Source: an uncultured Gammaproteobacteria bacterium
Lineage (GTDB): Bacteria; Patescibacteriota; Microgenomatia; UBA1406; GWC2-37-13
Length of the DNA stretch: 64,000 bases
Assembly (NCBI GenBank): GCA_964579395.1
Contig: CAZOFT010000002.1
Location: 66,071 to 130,070 of the forward strand
Reading direction: 5' to 3'
Below the pieces are notes generated by a model. That model was not told the DNA's origin. It worked only from the letters and a program-made list of their open reading frames with translations, and did not search any database. Below, one piece after another: positions 9,308 through 17,617 of the stretch (positions are counted from its first letter, which is position 1; each line of letters opens with the position of its first letter). The position numbers and the translations under genes are program-made.

Positions 9308-10789
9308 TTATTTTCCCCGTGTCAGTTTGTAGATTGTAACACCGTCGACTTCATATCGCCCGGCTGTTTTGTCAGCACCAAAAAGTGCTATATCCCACAG
9401 AGGGCTTGAGCGTGGGTCACATTCCTCATGGCACAGCACAAACAATTCATCTCCTTTATTCTCTTTGTCATCATACGAGATGGGGGTGCGATAGTACTGA
9501 GTCAACATGTATCGGTACGGATAGCTGGCATACTGTTCAGGAAGTGCGGTGATGCGATAGCTGCTGCTTTTGTTGTGTTTGGAGATTGTTTCAGCAACCC
9601 GGCGGGCTCGTTCAATCTGATGAGATGAGTTTTCATAAAAGAAGCGATAGTTGGGTATCTGCAGGGAAAGAAACAGTGCCACAAATACTGTTGCCACACC
9701 GATTTTGAGCCGAGGTTGGGAAAACATGGCACACAGCAAGTAAGCGACAAAAGTATAAAAGAGCAAATAAAATGACCCCAAATAATGCGGAAACTTGGCG
9801 CCGGTATAGTAAGATGTCGCAATGGTCATGACGATGAGTATCATTGAAATATAGCCGATTACCTGTTTGCGGATCAGTCCGACGACCGCAATAATAAGCA
9901 TGCATGCCAATAGTGCAATGATGATAAACTGCTGAGTTTCTACTTGTGTGCTGTAGGTAAAGACTTGAGAAAAGGTGGAGATGATTTCATTAATCCGATT
10001 GCTGCTTTGTGTGTTTTGACTATCTGTCAGCAACAACGCGCTGCGAATATTGGGGAATCGATGAATAACCTCAAACAGCAAAAAGGGTGCTAGCGCTGCA
10101 GCCCATGCAGCAACCATAACGACTGCCCGCAGCAAATGAGACCACAACGGTGCACGAAGCGCATCAACCCATGTCCAATACGTGACAGCAAACACAAACA
10201 CCAACACGAGTGCCAGATAGTGCATCTGCATAGCGGCAGAAAAGAGTGCGCCGGCCAGAGCGTAATACCCGAGGTGTTTTGTCGTCAACCCTTTCCACCA
10301 GGCCCAGAGTGTGAAAAACACCATTGGTGCGAGAAGATTCGGATTCCAGGAAAATCGGTTGTACTCAATCAGAGTCCATGAAGTTGCAGCAAGAATGACG
10401 CTCAAAACCGCCGTCACACGATCCTTAAACATGTTTTCTACTGCCCAGTACTGCAGCAAAAGCGCCACGGAGCTGATTACCGCCACACCGACTGCGGGCC
10501 CGACCGGATTGCCGCCAAAAAGCAGCTGCCATGGCGCCATCATATAGTAATACAAGGGCCCCAAGTACATGCTGCCAATTGATGTCACCGGTCCCAGTGC
10601 TGGAAGGTGGGTGACAGTTGCGATATCACGCATAATCAGAGAATCCCGGCCCTGGTCGCCCAAAAAGGTGGCAAAGTCTCCGATGCGATAGAGGCGAAGA
10701 AAGGTTCCTGTTGCAACAACAACCCACACATACCAAGGGGTGTTGCGGATCATTTTTCGCAAACGGGCGTATAGCTTTTTATGCATCAT
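9308..10789 (-). CDS. GT-C-like polytopic membrane glycosyltransferase (uncharacterised subfamily)
   Basis: The protein is 493 aa. The loop motif FLGDQGRDSLIMRDI...GPVTSIGSMYLGPLYYYMMAPW follows TM1, with about 10 further TM helices and a C-terminal soluble domain. It is a paralog of the CDS at 25815-27140. Confidence 0.55.
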   Translation of the reverse strand: MMHKKLYARLRKMIRNTPWYVWVVVATGTFLRLYRIGDFATFLGDQGRDSLIMRDIATVTHLPALGPVTSIGSMYLGPLYYYMMAPWQLLFGGNPVGPAVGVAVISSVALLLQYWAVENMFKDRVTAVLSVILAATSWTLIEYNRFSWNPNLLAPMVFFTLWAWWKGLTTKHLGYYALAGALFSAAMQMHYLALVLVFVFAVTYWTWVDALRAPLWSHLLRAVVMVAAWAAALAPFLLFEVIHRFPNIRSALLLTDSQNTQSSNRINEIISTFSQVFTYSTQVETQQFIIIALLACMLIIAVVGLIRKQVIGYISMILIVMTIATSYYTGAKFPHYLGSFYLLFYTFVAYLLCAMFSQPRLKIGVATVFVALFLSLQIPNYRFFYENSSHQIERARRVAETISKHNKSSSYRITALPEQYASYPYRYMLTQYYRTPISYDDKENKGDELFVLCHEECDPRSSPLWDIALFGADKTAGRYEVDGVTIYKLTRGK

Positions 10790-10807
10790 ATATAATGAAA
10801 ACGCACT

Positions 10808-11941
10808 ATGCGATCATTATACATAAAAGTCAAACCGCTCGCGGTTCTTTTTCTTTTTACACTGTTTAGCAGTGCGTTATTGTGGCTTCCGTTTGTTCAG
10901 CAGCTGGCATTTGCCGGCGTGCATATTCCCGGCACAAATACTGAGTTTATCTATCGTCACTATGACGGGCTTCTGTATGTGGTTGCTGCAAAAAGCTGGT
11001 ATGATCCAAAAGAAATCGCAAAACTGGCGCTCGACACCCCTCTGGCGCCGTCGTATTTTGCCGCCCATCTGCCGCTATACCCGGGATTGATTCGGCTCGT
11101 TGCTTCGGCCGGTCTAGATTATGTGAAGTCAATGATGCTTGTGACCCTGCTCAGCAGCATAGCACTTTCGTGGATATTTTATGGATTTTTAAACACCTTC
11201 AAGCTCACCAAACACCCTCTGATTCTGACGATGATTATGATGGTATTTCCCCGACTTCTCGTGGTGCGCAGTATCGGAGCGCCGGAACCGCTATTTATGT
11301 CGCTGATTCTCGGTTCGATATGGATGTGGGAACAGCGGCGGTTTTGGTTGGCAGGAGTATTGGGAGCTCTTGCGACTGCAGCAAAACTACCCGGAATTCT
11401 GCTGGTTGCTGCTTTCGGACTGGCTTCTTTGGAGCACCTGCGTGCCACGCGTACCGTTCGTTGGTCTTGGCTCGGTGGCCTTCTACCGCTTTTGGGATTA
11501 TGTGCAGTGTGTCTGATTTACGCGCAGCAGTACGGTGACTTTTTTGCCTATTGGCATACCGGCTATGTAGTGCCGATGCTGTATCCATATGCAGCATTTA
11601 ATCGGCAGGCGCGCTGGGTGGGCACGGCATGGCTTGAAGATGTGTTGGCGTACTTTGCGTTGTATTTTTATGGCGCGCTGCAGTTGTTCCGCACTCATCT
11701 GCGAAGCGTGTTTTATTTCGTTCTGGTATTTGTGGCGGCCACCACATTTGTGCAGCATCGGGACATTTCTCGTTATTTACTCCCGGTCTGGCCATTTGTG
11801 GTAATTGCGTTTGAACGACAGATCACATCACGAAAAGGCCTTATTTTGGTGGCGCTTCTTATCCCGGCTATCTATTTGTACGCGTGGAACTTTATGATGG
11901 AGAATGCGATGCCTGTGACACACTGGGAGACGTATCTTTAA
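10808..11941 (+). CDS. polytopic membrane protein, GT-C-like mannosyltransferase (PIG-V/GT87-like, tentative)
   Basis: The protein is 377 aa and hydrophobic throughout. The early loop YRHYDGLLYVVAAKSWYDP resembles the acidic loop of PIG-V-type mannosyltransferases. TATAAT at 10791-10796 lies 11 nt upstream of the ATG. Confidence 0.45.
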   Translation: MRSLYIKVKPLAVLFLFTLFSSALLWLPFVQQLAFAGVHIPGTNTEFIYRHYDGLLYVVAAKSWYDPKEIAKLALDTPLAPSYFAAHLPLYPGLIRLVASAGLDYVKSMMLVTLLSSIALSWIFYGFLNTFKLTKHPLILTMIMMVFPRLLVVRSIGAPEPLFMSLILGSIWMWEQRRFWLAGVLGALATAAKLPGILLVAAFGLASLEHLRATRTVRWSWLGGLLPLLGLCAVCLIYAQQYGDFFAYWHTGYVVPMLYPYAAFNRQARWVGTAWLEDVLAYFALYFYGALQLFRTHLRSVFYFVLVFVAATTFVQHRDISRYLLPVWPFVVIAFERQITSRKGLILVALLIPAIYLYAWNFMMENAMPVTHWETYL

Positions 11942-13056
11942 TCATGGAAGCTCGCTCGCTTTTTTTCGACATAGTCACGCATCTTCTTGATGAACTCGTC
12001 TTCGGCGTACTGCTCGCTTTCTGATCGCGCACGGCGACTCATTTGTTCTTTTGCATGGTCTGAGAGATCTTCATAGCGTGAGATTGCTTCAACTGCTGAC
12101 TCAGCAGTAAGTTGCGGGTAGAGAAAACCGTTTTTTCCGTCTTTGACTGTTTCTTTCAAGCCTCCCGATGAGTAGGCAATAACCGGAACACCATGACTCA
12201 TCGCTTCGACAGGTGCGATCCCAAACTCCTCATCTTGTGAGGCAAACAGAAACGCCGAAGCACCTTCGTAGAGCTCATAGAGCTTGGATTCTATGACGTT
12301 GCCGACAAACTGAATAGTGGGGCCGGCGATAGACTTGAGATAATCTTCATCCCGTCCGCCGCCCACGACAACAAGCTGTTTGCTCAGAGTGTTTGCTGCC
12401 TGGATCAGCACATCGATGTGCTTTGCACGCGCCAGACGACTGACAGTAATATAGTACTCGCCGGCTTTTTTGTCGCGGTGTGTCGCCAAGGTGACCGGCG
12501 GATAGATGACATCCGAATCACGATGATAAAACTTTTTCACTCGTTTTTTTGTCTCTTCGGAGTTGCTGATGATGAAGTCAGGTCGCTGAGCGGCGATATA
12601 GTCCCACATACGCAACCCGTGGTTGATAAGGGTGGCATAGATGCGAATCGCAAAATGTTTTCGCCATTCCATCGCGGTTTCATAGTTGTACAAGTATCGG
12701 GGCGGGTGGTGCATGTAGGTGATGTGTAGTGTATTCGGCCGGGTGATGATGCCGCGAGACATCGCGGTCGCCGATGAGGTGATCACGCAATCATACCCCG
12801 TAAAGTCCATACTCTCCCAAATCAGGGGATACATGAATCGCAGCGGTGAGTGGAGCCGCTTCATCCCCGGCACCCGATCGGCCCACGATGTGCGAATATG
12901 CATGCCGTCCAGCTCTGGTCCATGCACTCCGAGATTGTCGCGATTGAGATAGGAGGTATAGATATCAGCGTCAGGAAAGGCTTTGTGCAAGCTCACCAAC
13001 ACGCGCTCTGCGCCGCCAAACTCCAACAGGTGGTCGTGTACAATAGCCATTTTCAT
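11938..13056 (-). CDS. GT4 (GT-B fold) glycosyltransferase
   Basis: The N-terminus MKMAIVHDHLLEFGGAERV and the C-terminal EEFGIAPVEAMSHGVPVIAYSSGGLKETV (E-x7-E region) are characteristic of Glycos_transf_1. Confidence 0.85.
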   Translation of the reverse strand: MKMAIVHDHLLEFGGAERVLVSLHKAFPDADIYTSYLNRDNLGVHGPELDGMHIRTSWADRVPGMKRLHSPLRFMYPLIWESMDFTGYDCVITSSATAMSRGIITRPNTLHITYMHHPPRYLYNYETAMEWRKHFAIRIYATLINHGLRMWDYIAAQRPDFIISNSEETKKRVKKFYHRDSDVIYPPVTLATHRDKKAGEYYITVSRLARAKHIDVLIQAANTLSKQLVVVGGGRDEDYLKSIAGPTIQFVGNVIESKLYELYEGASAFLFASQDEEFGIAPVEAMSHGVPVIAYSSGGLKETVKDGKNGFLYPQLTAESAVEAISRYEDLSDHAKEQMSRRARSESEQYAEDEFIKKMRDYVEKKRASFHD

Positions 13057-13104
13057 ACAGAGACAGTATACTGTATCTCAGTTTTTACATACATCCTTTC
13101 GGAC

Positions 13105-13887
13105 ATGACACATATTCAGGCTCTCATACTCGGTATTGTCGAAGGAATTACCGAGTTTCTTCCCGTTTCATCTACTGCGCACCTCATTCTTACCAGTCAC
13201 TTTATGCAGATTGCTGATGATAGCTACCTTTCGTTTTTTGAAGTCTTTATTCAGTCGGGGGCTATATTGGCGGTTGTTGTAATGTATATACAGACGATGA
13301 TCAACAATCGTGATCTTACGCGTAATGTGCTGGTTTCGTTTTTTCCTACCGCAATAATCGGATTTGTTCTGTATAAAATCATAAAAACAGTGTTTTTCTC
13401 TTCCACGGGACTGATCGGCTTTATGTTGTTTTTCGTCGGCGTGCTCTTTCTTCTTTTAGAATACGTCATTAAAGAAGATCGCCTGAAGCTGCATAAGACA
13501 CTCAAACAAGTAACACTCAAGCAGGCCGTGCTGATTGGGTTGGCTCAGTCACTGGCAGTAGTTCCGGGGGTATCGCGCGCCGGAATCGTGATGCTTGCCA
13601 TGATGGCTATGGGATACAAGCGCTCGGAGTCTGCGCTGTATTCGTTTATGCTTGCCGTGCCGACAATAATGGCTGCATCAGTATATGATTTGTACAAATC
13701 TCGTGATATCCTCATGTCGTCGACCACTTCACTCTCACCTCTTCTTGTCGGATTTATCACATCGTTTGCCGTCGCTTATGTCAGTGTAAAGTGGCTCATA
13801 GGCTATCTGCAGAAACACTCCCTTGTCCCCTTTGGGTTTTACCGTATCGCATTGGCGATATTGGTGATGTTTTTCATTGCACGTTGA
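13105..13887 (+). CDS. uppP: undecaprenyl-diphosphate phosphatase
   Basis: MTHIQALILGIVEGITEFLPVSSTAHLIL is the BacA/UppP signature, and the protein is polytopic. The ORF-track frame extends upstream to 12850, but the conserved N-terminus begins at ATG 13105. Confidence 0.9.
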   Translation: MTHIQALILGIVEGITEFLPVSSTAHLILTSHFMQIADDSYLSFFEVFIQSGAILAVVVMYIQTMINNRDLTRNVLVSFFPTAIIGFVLYKIIKTVFFSSTGLIGFMLFFVGVLFLLLEYVIKEDRLKLHKTLKQVTLKQAVLIGLAQSLAVVPGVSRAGIVMLAMMAMGYKRSESALYSFMLAVPTIMAASVYDLYKSRDILMSSTTSLSPLLVGFITSFAVAYVSVKWLIGYLQKHSLVPFGFYRIALAILVMFFIAR

Positions 13888-13917
13888 TATCGGTCGGGTT
13901 TACAGAATGCAGGCACT

Positions 13918-13989
13918 GCACCCGTAGTTTAACGGATAGAATGTGGGATTCCGGATCCCATGATGTGGGTTCGATCCCCGCCGGGTGCA
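13918..13989 (+). tRNA. tRNA-Arg (anticodon CCG)
   Basis: Hand-folded cloverleaf. The acceptor pairs GCACCCG with CGGGTGC. The anticodon stem pairs TGGGA with TCCCA around loop TTCCGGA. The T-loop is TTCGATC. No CCA is encoded. Confidence 0.85.
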
Positions 13990-13998
13990 CACACGGAC

Positions 13999-14544
13999 TT
14001 ATGTGACTGCGTACTTGACGAGAACCCCTCCGGTTTTGAGTGTTTTTTCCTCACGAAGGTTGAGCTTTTGGTAGGGAGCTCCTTCGGCAAAGAGCTTTCT
14101 TCCCCGACCCAAAAAGACCGGTGCAATGCACAGGCGATATTCATCAAACAGTCCTGCTTTCATGAGTGCGGCAGACAGAACGCTGCCACCAAACACAAAC
14201 AAGTTGCCACTGCCTTCTTTTTTCAGTTTTGCAATCTCAGACTCTGCGTCGCGCACGATAGTGGTGTTTGCCCAGTCGGCAGTTTGTATGGTTGTTGAGC
14301 AGACGATTTTTTGCATGGTATTGAGGCGATCGGCTATCTCACCTGTTTCTTTTTTCCAATACTCGGCCATTCCCTGATAGGTGTGTTTACCATAGATAAC
14401 CATGTCTGCAGTGTCCAGTTGTTCGCGGCTGAACTGCTCCAACTCCTCTCCCCATACCAGGCTATGAAATGCCAAGTCCCACGGTTTTTCGCCTTCAAAA
14501 TAGCCATCAAGCGTGATGACATTCCACATAATTAGGTTTCTCAT
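13999..14544 (-). CDS. dihydrofolate reductase-like protein (RibD C-terminal domain family)
   Basis: MRNLIMWNVITLDGYFEG...LFVFGGSVLSAALMKAGLFDEYRLCIAPVFLGRGRKLF is typical of the RibD_C/DHFR-like family. The start was chosen at the conserved M; the ORF track extends to 14583. Confidence 0.75.
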   Translation of the reverse strand: MRNLIMWNVITLDGYFEGEKPWDLAFHSLVWGEELEQFSREQLDTADMVIYGKHTYQGMAEYWKKETGEIADRLNTMQKIVCSTTIQTADWANTTIVRDAESEIAKLKKEGSGNLFVFGGSVLSAALMKAGLFDEYRLCIAPVFLGRGRKLFAEGAPYQKLNLREEKTLKTGGVLVKYAVT

Positions 14545-14606
14545 GAAGATAGTGTATAGGTATCGATATTCAATTATCAACAACGCGATTTGTATATCGA
14601 GCAGAG

Positions 14607-14978
14607 TTATGCAGCGTTTTTTGGGGAGGTTTTGTCAATCTGCGCTTTCCAGTAGAGGATTATTGCATCGACTAAATCCATAGGGATTTCTGTATCGAGG
14701 GGGAATTGTGCGGTGCCGCGCCCGGCGAGATATGGCTCGAGTTTGTTTGTCAGGGTGCCAAGCGATCGAGGGGTCGGATAAAAACCGATATGGTTTTTGT
14801 ATCCGGCAAAATACACCAGGTTCGTGTTTTTATAGGTAAACGTGGGCATGTTGTATTTGATTGTTTCTTCTGCTTCAGGCACAAGGGCGTTGACTCTGGT
14901 TCTGAGTTGGCTCAGTTTTTCTTGCGTCTCGGGGGGGAATGATTTGATGTAGGTATCGATTGAAGAAGGAGCTTTCAT
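14607..14978 (-). CDS. DUF1801 (YdhG-like) domain protein
   Basis: The sequence reads MKAPSSIDTYIKSFPPETQEKLSQLRTRVNALVPEAEETIKYNMPTFTY...FYPTP. The start is set at ATG 14978 because the longer ORF (to 15158) runs through the tRNA-Gly gene. Confidence 0.7.
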   Translation of the reverse strand: MKAPSSIDTYIKSFPPETQEKLSQLRTRVNALVPEAEETIKYNMPTFTYKNTNLVYFAGYKNHIGFYPTPRSLGTLTNKLEPYLAGRGTAQFPLDTEIPMDLVDAIILYWKAQIDKTSPKNAA

Positions 14979-15012
14979 GCGAACGTATTGTATATGATAC
15001 GGAAAAAATGGG

Positions 15013-15083
15013 AGCGGGTGAAGGGAATCGAACCCTCGGCTCGTCCTTGGCAAGGACGCATTGTACCACTCAACTACACCCGC
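15013..15083 (-). tRNA. tRNA-Gly (anticodon GCC)
   Basis: The reverse complement GCGGGTGTAGTTGAGTGGTACAATGCGTCCTTGCCAAGGACGAGCCGAGGGTTCGATTCCCTTCACCCGCT folds as a cloverleaf. The anticodon loop is TTGCCAA. Confidence 0.9.
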
Positions 15084-15151
15084 TTGAGTACAGCCCCAAG
15101 TATAGCACACGGATTGTGCTGTTGACAAGAATTGTGGTATAGTAGGGGTAT

Positions 15152-15757
15152 ATGGCAACTACAACTACAAAATCAACCACAAAAAAAACTACGACCCGTC
15201 GTGCCGCTCCTAAAAAGAAAGTGGAAGCCCAAATTGATTTGGGAAAAACGAAAGCACAGGTGATGCAGGCGGTTGAGCAGACGCGTGAAAAAGTCGATGA
15301 GATTATGGATACACCCGAAGCGAAAAAAGCAGTAACTGCTGTGAAAAAAGGAGTTGCCATGGCCCAGAAAGAAGCGAAAAAAGTCGCCACCAGAAAAGAT
15401 GTGAAAAAAGCAGTTTCCACTGCAAAGAAAAAAACAACTGAAGCGAAAAAAACAGCAGAAAAAGCAGTTGCTGATGCTGAGCAAAAACGTCGTGAACTGG
15501 CTGCCCGCGAAGATGTCAAAGAAACTGTTGAAACGATTCAGGTCAAAGGCTCGCAGCTTGTAGATAAGGTGCGTGAACTTATCAAAGCCGGCAATGTTCG
15601 CCGCATCATCATCAAGGATAAAAACGGTAAGTCTATTGCCGAGTTCCCGCTGACATTCGGTGTGATCGGAGCAGCTGCGCTCCTGCCGCTTGCTGCGGTT
15701 GCAACAATTGCAGCGCTCATCACCGAGTGCACAATCACCGTCATTCGGGAAAAATAA
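15152..15757 (+). CDS. DUF4342 domain protein with Lys/Ala/Glu-rich N-terminal low-complexity region
   Basis: The C-terminal KAGNVRRIIIKDKNGKSIAEFPLTFGVIGAAALLPLAAVATIAALITECTITV matches the DUF4342 pattern. The N-terminal ~130 aa is a K/A/E/T-rich repeat region. TGGTATAGT (extended -10) lies 8 nt upstream of the ATG. Confidence 0.7.
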   Translation: MATTTTKSTTKKTTTRRAAPKKKVEAQIDLGKTKAQVMQAVEQTREKVDEIMDTPEAKKAVTAVKKGVAMAQKEAKKVATRKDVKKAVSTAKKKTTEAKKTAEKAVADAEQKRRELAAREDVKETVETIQVKGSQLVDKVRELIKAGNVRRIIIKDKNGKSIAEFPLTFGVIGAAALLPLAAVATIAALITECTITVIREK

Positions 15758-15817
15758 TTCTTCGCCATGCCGTACCAAAACGGCGTGTAGTTTGCTATAC
15801 TGTCCCTTGTAACGCAA

Positions 15818-15890
15818 GGGCCGGTAGCTCAGCGGTTAGAGCACTACTCTTATAAAGTAGGGGTCGACGGTTCAATTCCATCCCGGCCCA
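15818..15890 (+). tRNA. tRNA-Ile (anticodon UAU)
   Basis: The sequence is GGGCCGGTAGCTCAGCGGTTAGAGCACTACTCTTATAAAGTAGGGGTCGACGGTTCAATTCCATCCCGGCCCA. The anticodon stem pairs CTACT with AGTAG around loop C-T-T-A-T-A-A, which gives U33 followed by UAU. There is one C-A mismatch in the T stem. Confidence 0.75.
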
Positions 15891-15914
15891 CCTGTCGCAA
15901 TTGCGTCTATAATA

Positions 15915-15987
15915 GCGGAGATAGCCAAGGTGGTCACGGCGGGGGTCTGAAAAACCTCAGATGTCAGTTCGACTCTGACTCTCCGCA
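15915..15987 (+). tRNA. tRNA-Phe (anticodon GAA)
   Basis: The acceptor pairs GCGGAGA with TCTCCGC. The anticodon stem pairs GGGGT with ACCTC around loop CTGAAAA. The T arm is GTCAG-TTCGACT-CTGAC. The D loop is atypically large. Confidence 0.75.
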
Positions 15988-16004
15988 CCCTTCTTTTTGT
16001 GCCA

Positions 16005-16075
16005 GGGCCCGGAGTTAGACGGTACAACGCCGCATTCGCATTGCGGAGGAGGCAGTTCAATTCTGCTCGGGTCCA
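16005..16075 (+). tRNA. tRNA-Ala (anticodon CGC)
   Basis: The acceptor pairs GGGCCCG with CGGGTCC and contains a G3:U70 pair, the alanine identity element. The anticodon stem pairs CCGCA with TGCGG around loop TTCGCAT. The D arm is unusual (G at position 8, 3-bp stem). Confidence 0.7.
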
Positions 16076-16077
16076 CA

Positions 16078-17466
16078 CTACACAGAATACTTTTTGATAT
16101 ACGCTTCAATATCAAACTTTTTCTTAGCTCCTGATTCGGCCATGTAGCGCACAGTGCCGTAGATGTCGCGCTCAAACCACGGGCGATCATGCAGTCCCGC
16201 TATGCTCCACAAGATTCCTACATAGCCATTGGGATCGCGCCCATCCATTTCATACGTGTCATTGAGTTGGACAGCGTACGTGATGGCGGTTGCGGCATCC
16301 GGCGTCCACTCCAGTATTTTTTTCGCCCAATACATGCGCAGGTAGCCGTGCATTTTTCCTTCGCGCACCATCTGCAATTGTGCCGCATTCCACAGTTGAT
16401 CATGGGTCTTTCCCTGTTCTAATTCTTTGTACGAATACGTGTAGTCTCTGGTGTCTTTTGCATGTGCGGCAAGGGTCTCGCGTGCCCAGTCGGGCGCTCC
16501 GTGGAGGGTGTCATACTGCTTGTTGTAGGTGCAAAAATTGTCTGACAGCTCGCGCCGCACAATAAGCTCTTCCAGAAAAGCAGCGACATTCTCATCCACA
16601 CACAGTGAGCGCTGGGTGATCTTCGGTCCGATTTGCAGGTGTTGTCCGGTCTGCTCCAGAGTATGGTGGGCGACATATTGCGCGCTGATGTGCCCAAAGT
16701 GCAGATAGGGTGACAGTCCCGATTGGCCATCTGCCGTGGCGTCATTACGATCCGTGTCGTACGACTGTATGTGGTTTTTCACAAATGACTGCAGTTGATG
16801 TGCCGCTGCTTTTGCCCCCGATTTCAAGGAAAGTGCGGCATCGGCATACGGTTTGAGCAGCTCCTCCCAATCAATCGGTTCAGTCTTCGGAGGATGCGAT
16901 TGTTTTTTCAGGGCGGGGTACGGTGTGAGATAGTCTTTCAGCAGTTTGTGTATCTTGGGGCGGATCGTGTAGGCTGCCCACTCCTGTTTTTGACTGGTGA
17001 TCCATACCGGAATGACATTGTGTGCATCGACGGTGTATGAGGGGATCTGTGGATGCGCTTTTGCGATGTGGCGGCGCACTGTCTGGGGTCCGCGAAGCGG
17101 CGAGTAGTCGCAGTAGAGAGCAGCCGGATCATATTTGGTTACCATCTGTTTTATAGCGCCCTGATAATCATCGTGATAGAGCACAAACGGAATGCCGTGC
17201 TGATCAAGTTCTTCTGCAGTCTCCCGGAGTCCCTCCAACATAAACCGGTAGTGGCGCGCCTGCGCATTTTTCACGCCGCCTTTGTAGAAAATAAACGTGA
17301 CGATCAGAGGAAGTCCCAAGTGTTGTGCATGTGCTTGCGCTTCAAGAAGCGCCCAGTTGGCTTGTGCGCGCTGATCCCGCGACATGAGATATATCACACA
17401 CTTTCCGTTACGTGGTTCGGGATCATTCAGTTTGCGGCTGCGTTTTGAGGAGGTGAACTCTGACAT
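16078..17466 (-). CDS. phr: deoxyribodipyrimidine (CPD) photolyase, class II
   Basis: IYLMSRDQRAQANWALLEAQ near the N-terminus and GKMHGYLRMYWAKKILEW near the C-terminus are class II photolyase hallmarks. The start is set at ATG 17466 (MSEFTSSKRS), 9 nt after a minus-strand TATACT. The ORF-track extension to 17682 is rejected. Confidence 0.9.
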   Translation of the reverse strand: MSEFTSSKRSRKLNDPEPRNGKCVIYLMSRDQRAQANWALLEAQAHAQHLGLPLIVTFIFYKGGVKNAQARHYRFMLEGLRETAEELDQHGIPFVLYHDDYQGAIKQMVTKYDPAALYCDYSPLRGPQTVRRHIAKAHPQIPSYTVDAHNVIPVWITSQKQEWAAYTIRPKIHKLLKDYLTPYPALKKQSHPPKTEPIDWEELLKPYADAALSLKSGAKAAAHQLQSFVKNHIQSYDTDRNDATADGQSGLSPYLHFGHISAQYVAHHTLEQTGQHLQIGPKITQRSLCVDENVAAFLEELIVRRELSDNFCTYNKQYDTLHGAPDWARETLAAHAKDTRDYTYSYKELEQGKTHDQLWNAAQLQMVREGKMHGYLRMYWAKKILEWTPDAATAITYAVQLNDTYEMDGRDPNGYVGILWSIAGLHDRPWFERDIYGTVRYMAESGAKKKFDIEAYIKKYSV

Positions 17467-17617
17467 GCTGTGTATAGTATAAATGGTTCGGGTAGTTATT
17501 TTCTTCCGGCGGACCCCTTCCTTCTTGTGGTGTATGGATCCCTCCACAGTCAGAAAAGTAACTACCCGGGAAAAAAGCTGATTCGTTATTATTGAGTTTG
17601 CGGCTGCGTTTTGAGGA
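17425..17617. repeat. direct repeat ATTnAGTTTGCGGCTGCGTTTTGAGGA (copies at 17425-17451 and 17591-17617)
   Basis: A 23-nt core is identical (17429-17451 and 17595-17617), offset by 166 bp. Each copy is followed by a CAT (minus-strand ATG) and an AGTATA(A) box (minus-strand -10). Confidence 0.85.

Noticed and set aside
12850-13104. An upstream extension of the uppP ORF (the track ORF is 12850-13887).
   Set aside because: It overlaps the 5' end of the GT4 gene on the opposite strand. The canonical UppP N-terminus (MTHIQALILGIVEGITEFLP) starts at 13105.
14979-15158. An N-terminal extension of the DUF1801 ORF (the track ORF is 14607-15158).
   Set aside because: The extension reads straight through the tRNA-Gly(GCC) gene (15013-15083). 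The conserved protein begins at ATG 14978.
15173-15817. A 214-aa minus-strand ORF, plus the 149-aa ORF at 15070-15519.
   Set aside because: Both are antisense to the Lys/Ala/Glu-rich DUF4342 gene. The repetitive AAA/GAA codons keep the opposite strand open, giving F/S/C-rich nonsense. The plus-strand product has a recognisable C-terminal domain.
17490-17567. The GGAAG/GGUCC-containing hairpin, considered as an SRP (4.5S) RNA domain IV, or as a MITE with terminal inverted repeats.
   Set aside because: It does not reproduce the conserved SRP asymmetric-loop and GNAR tetraloop arrangement. The flanking direct repeats are 23-27 nt of coding and promoter sequence, which fits a tandem duplication better than a target-site duplication.
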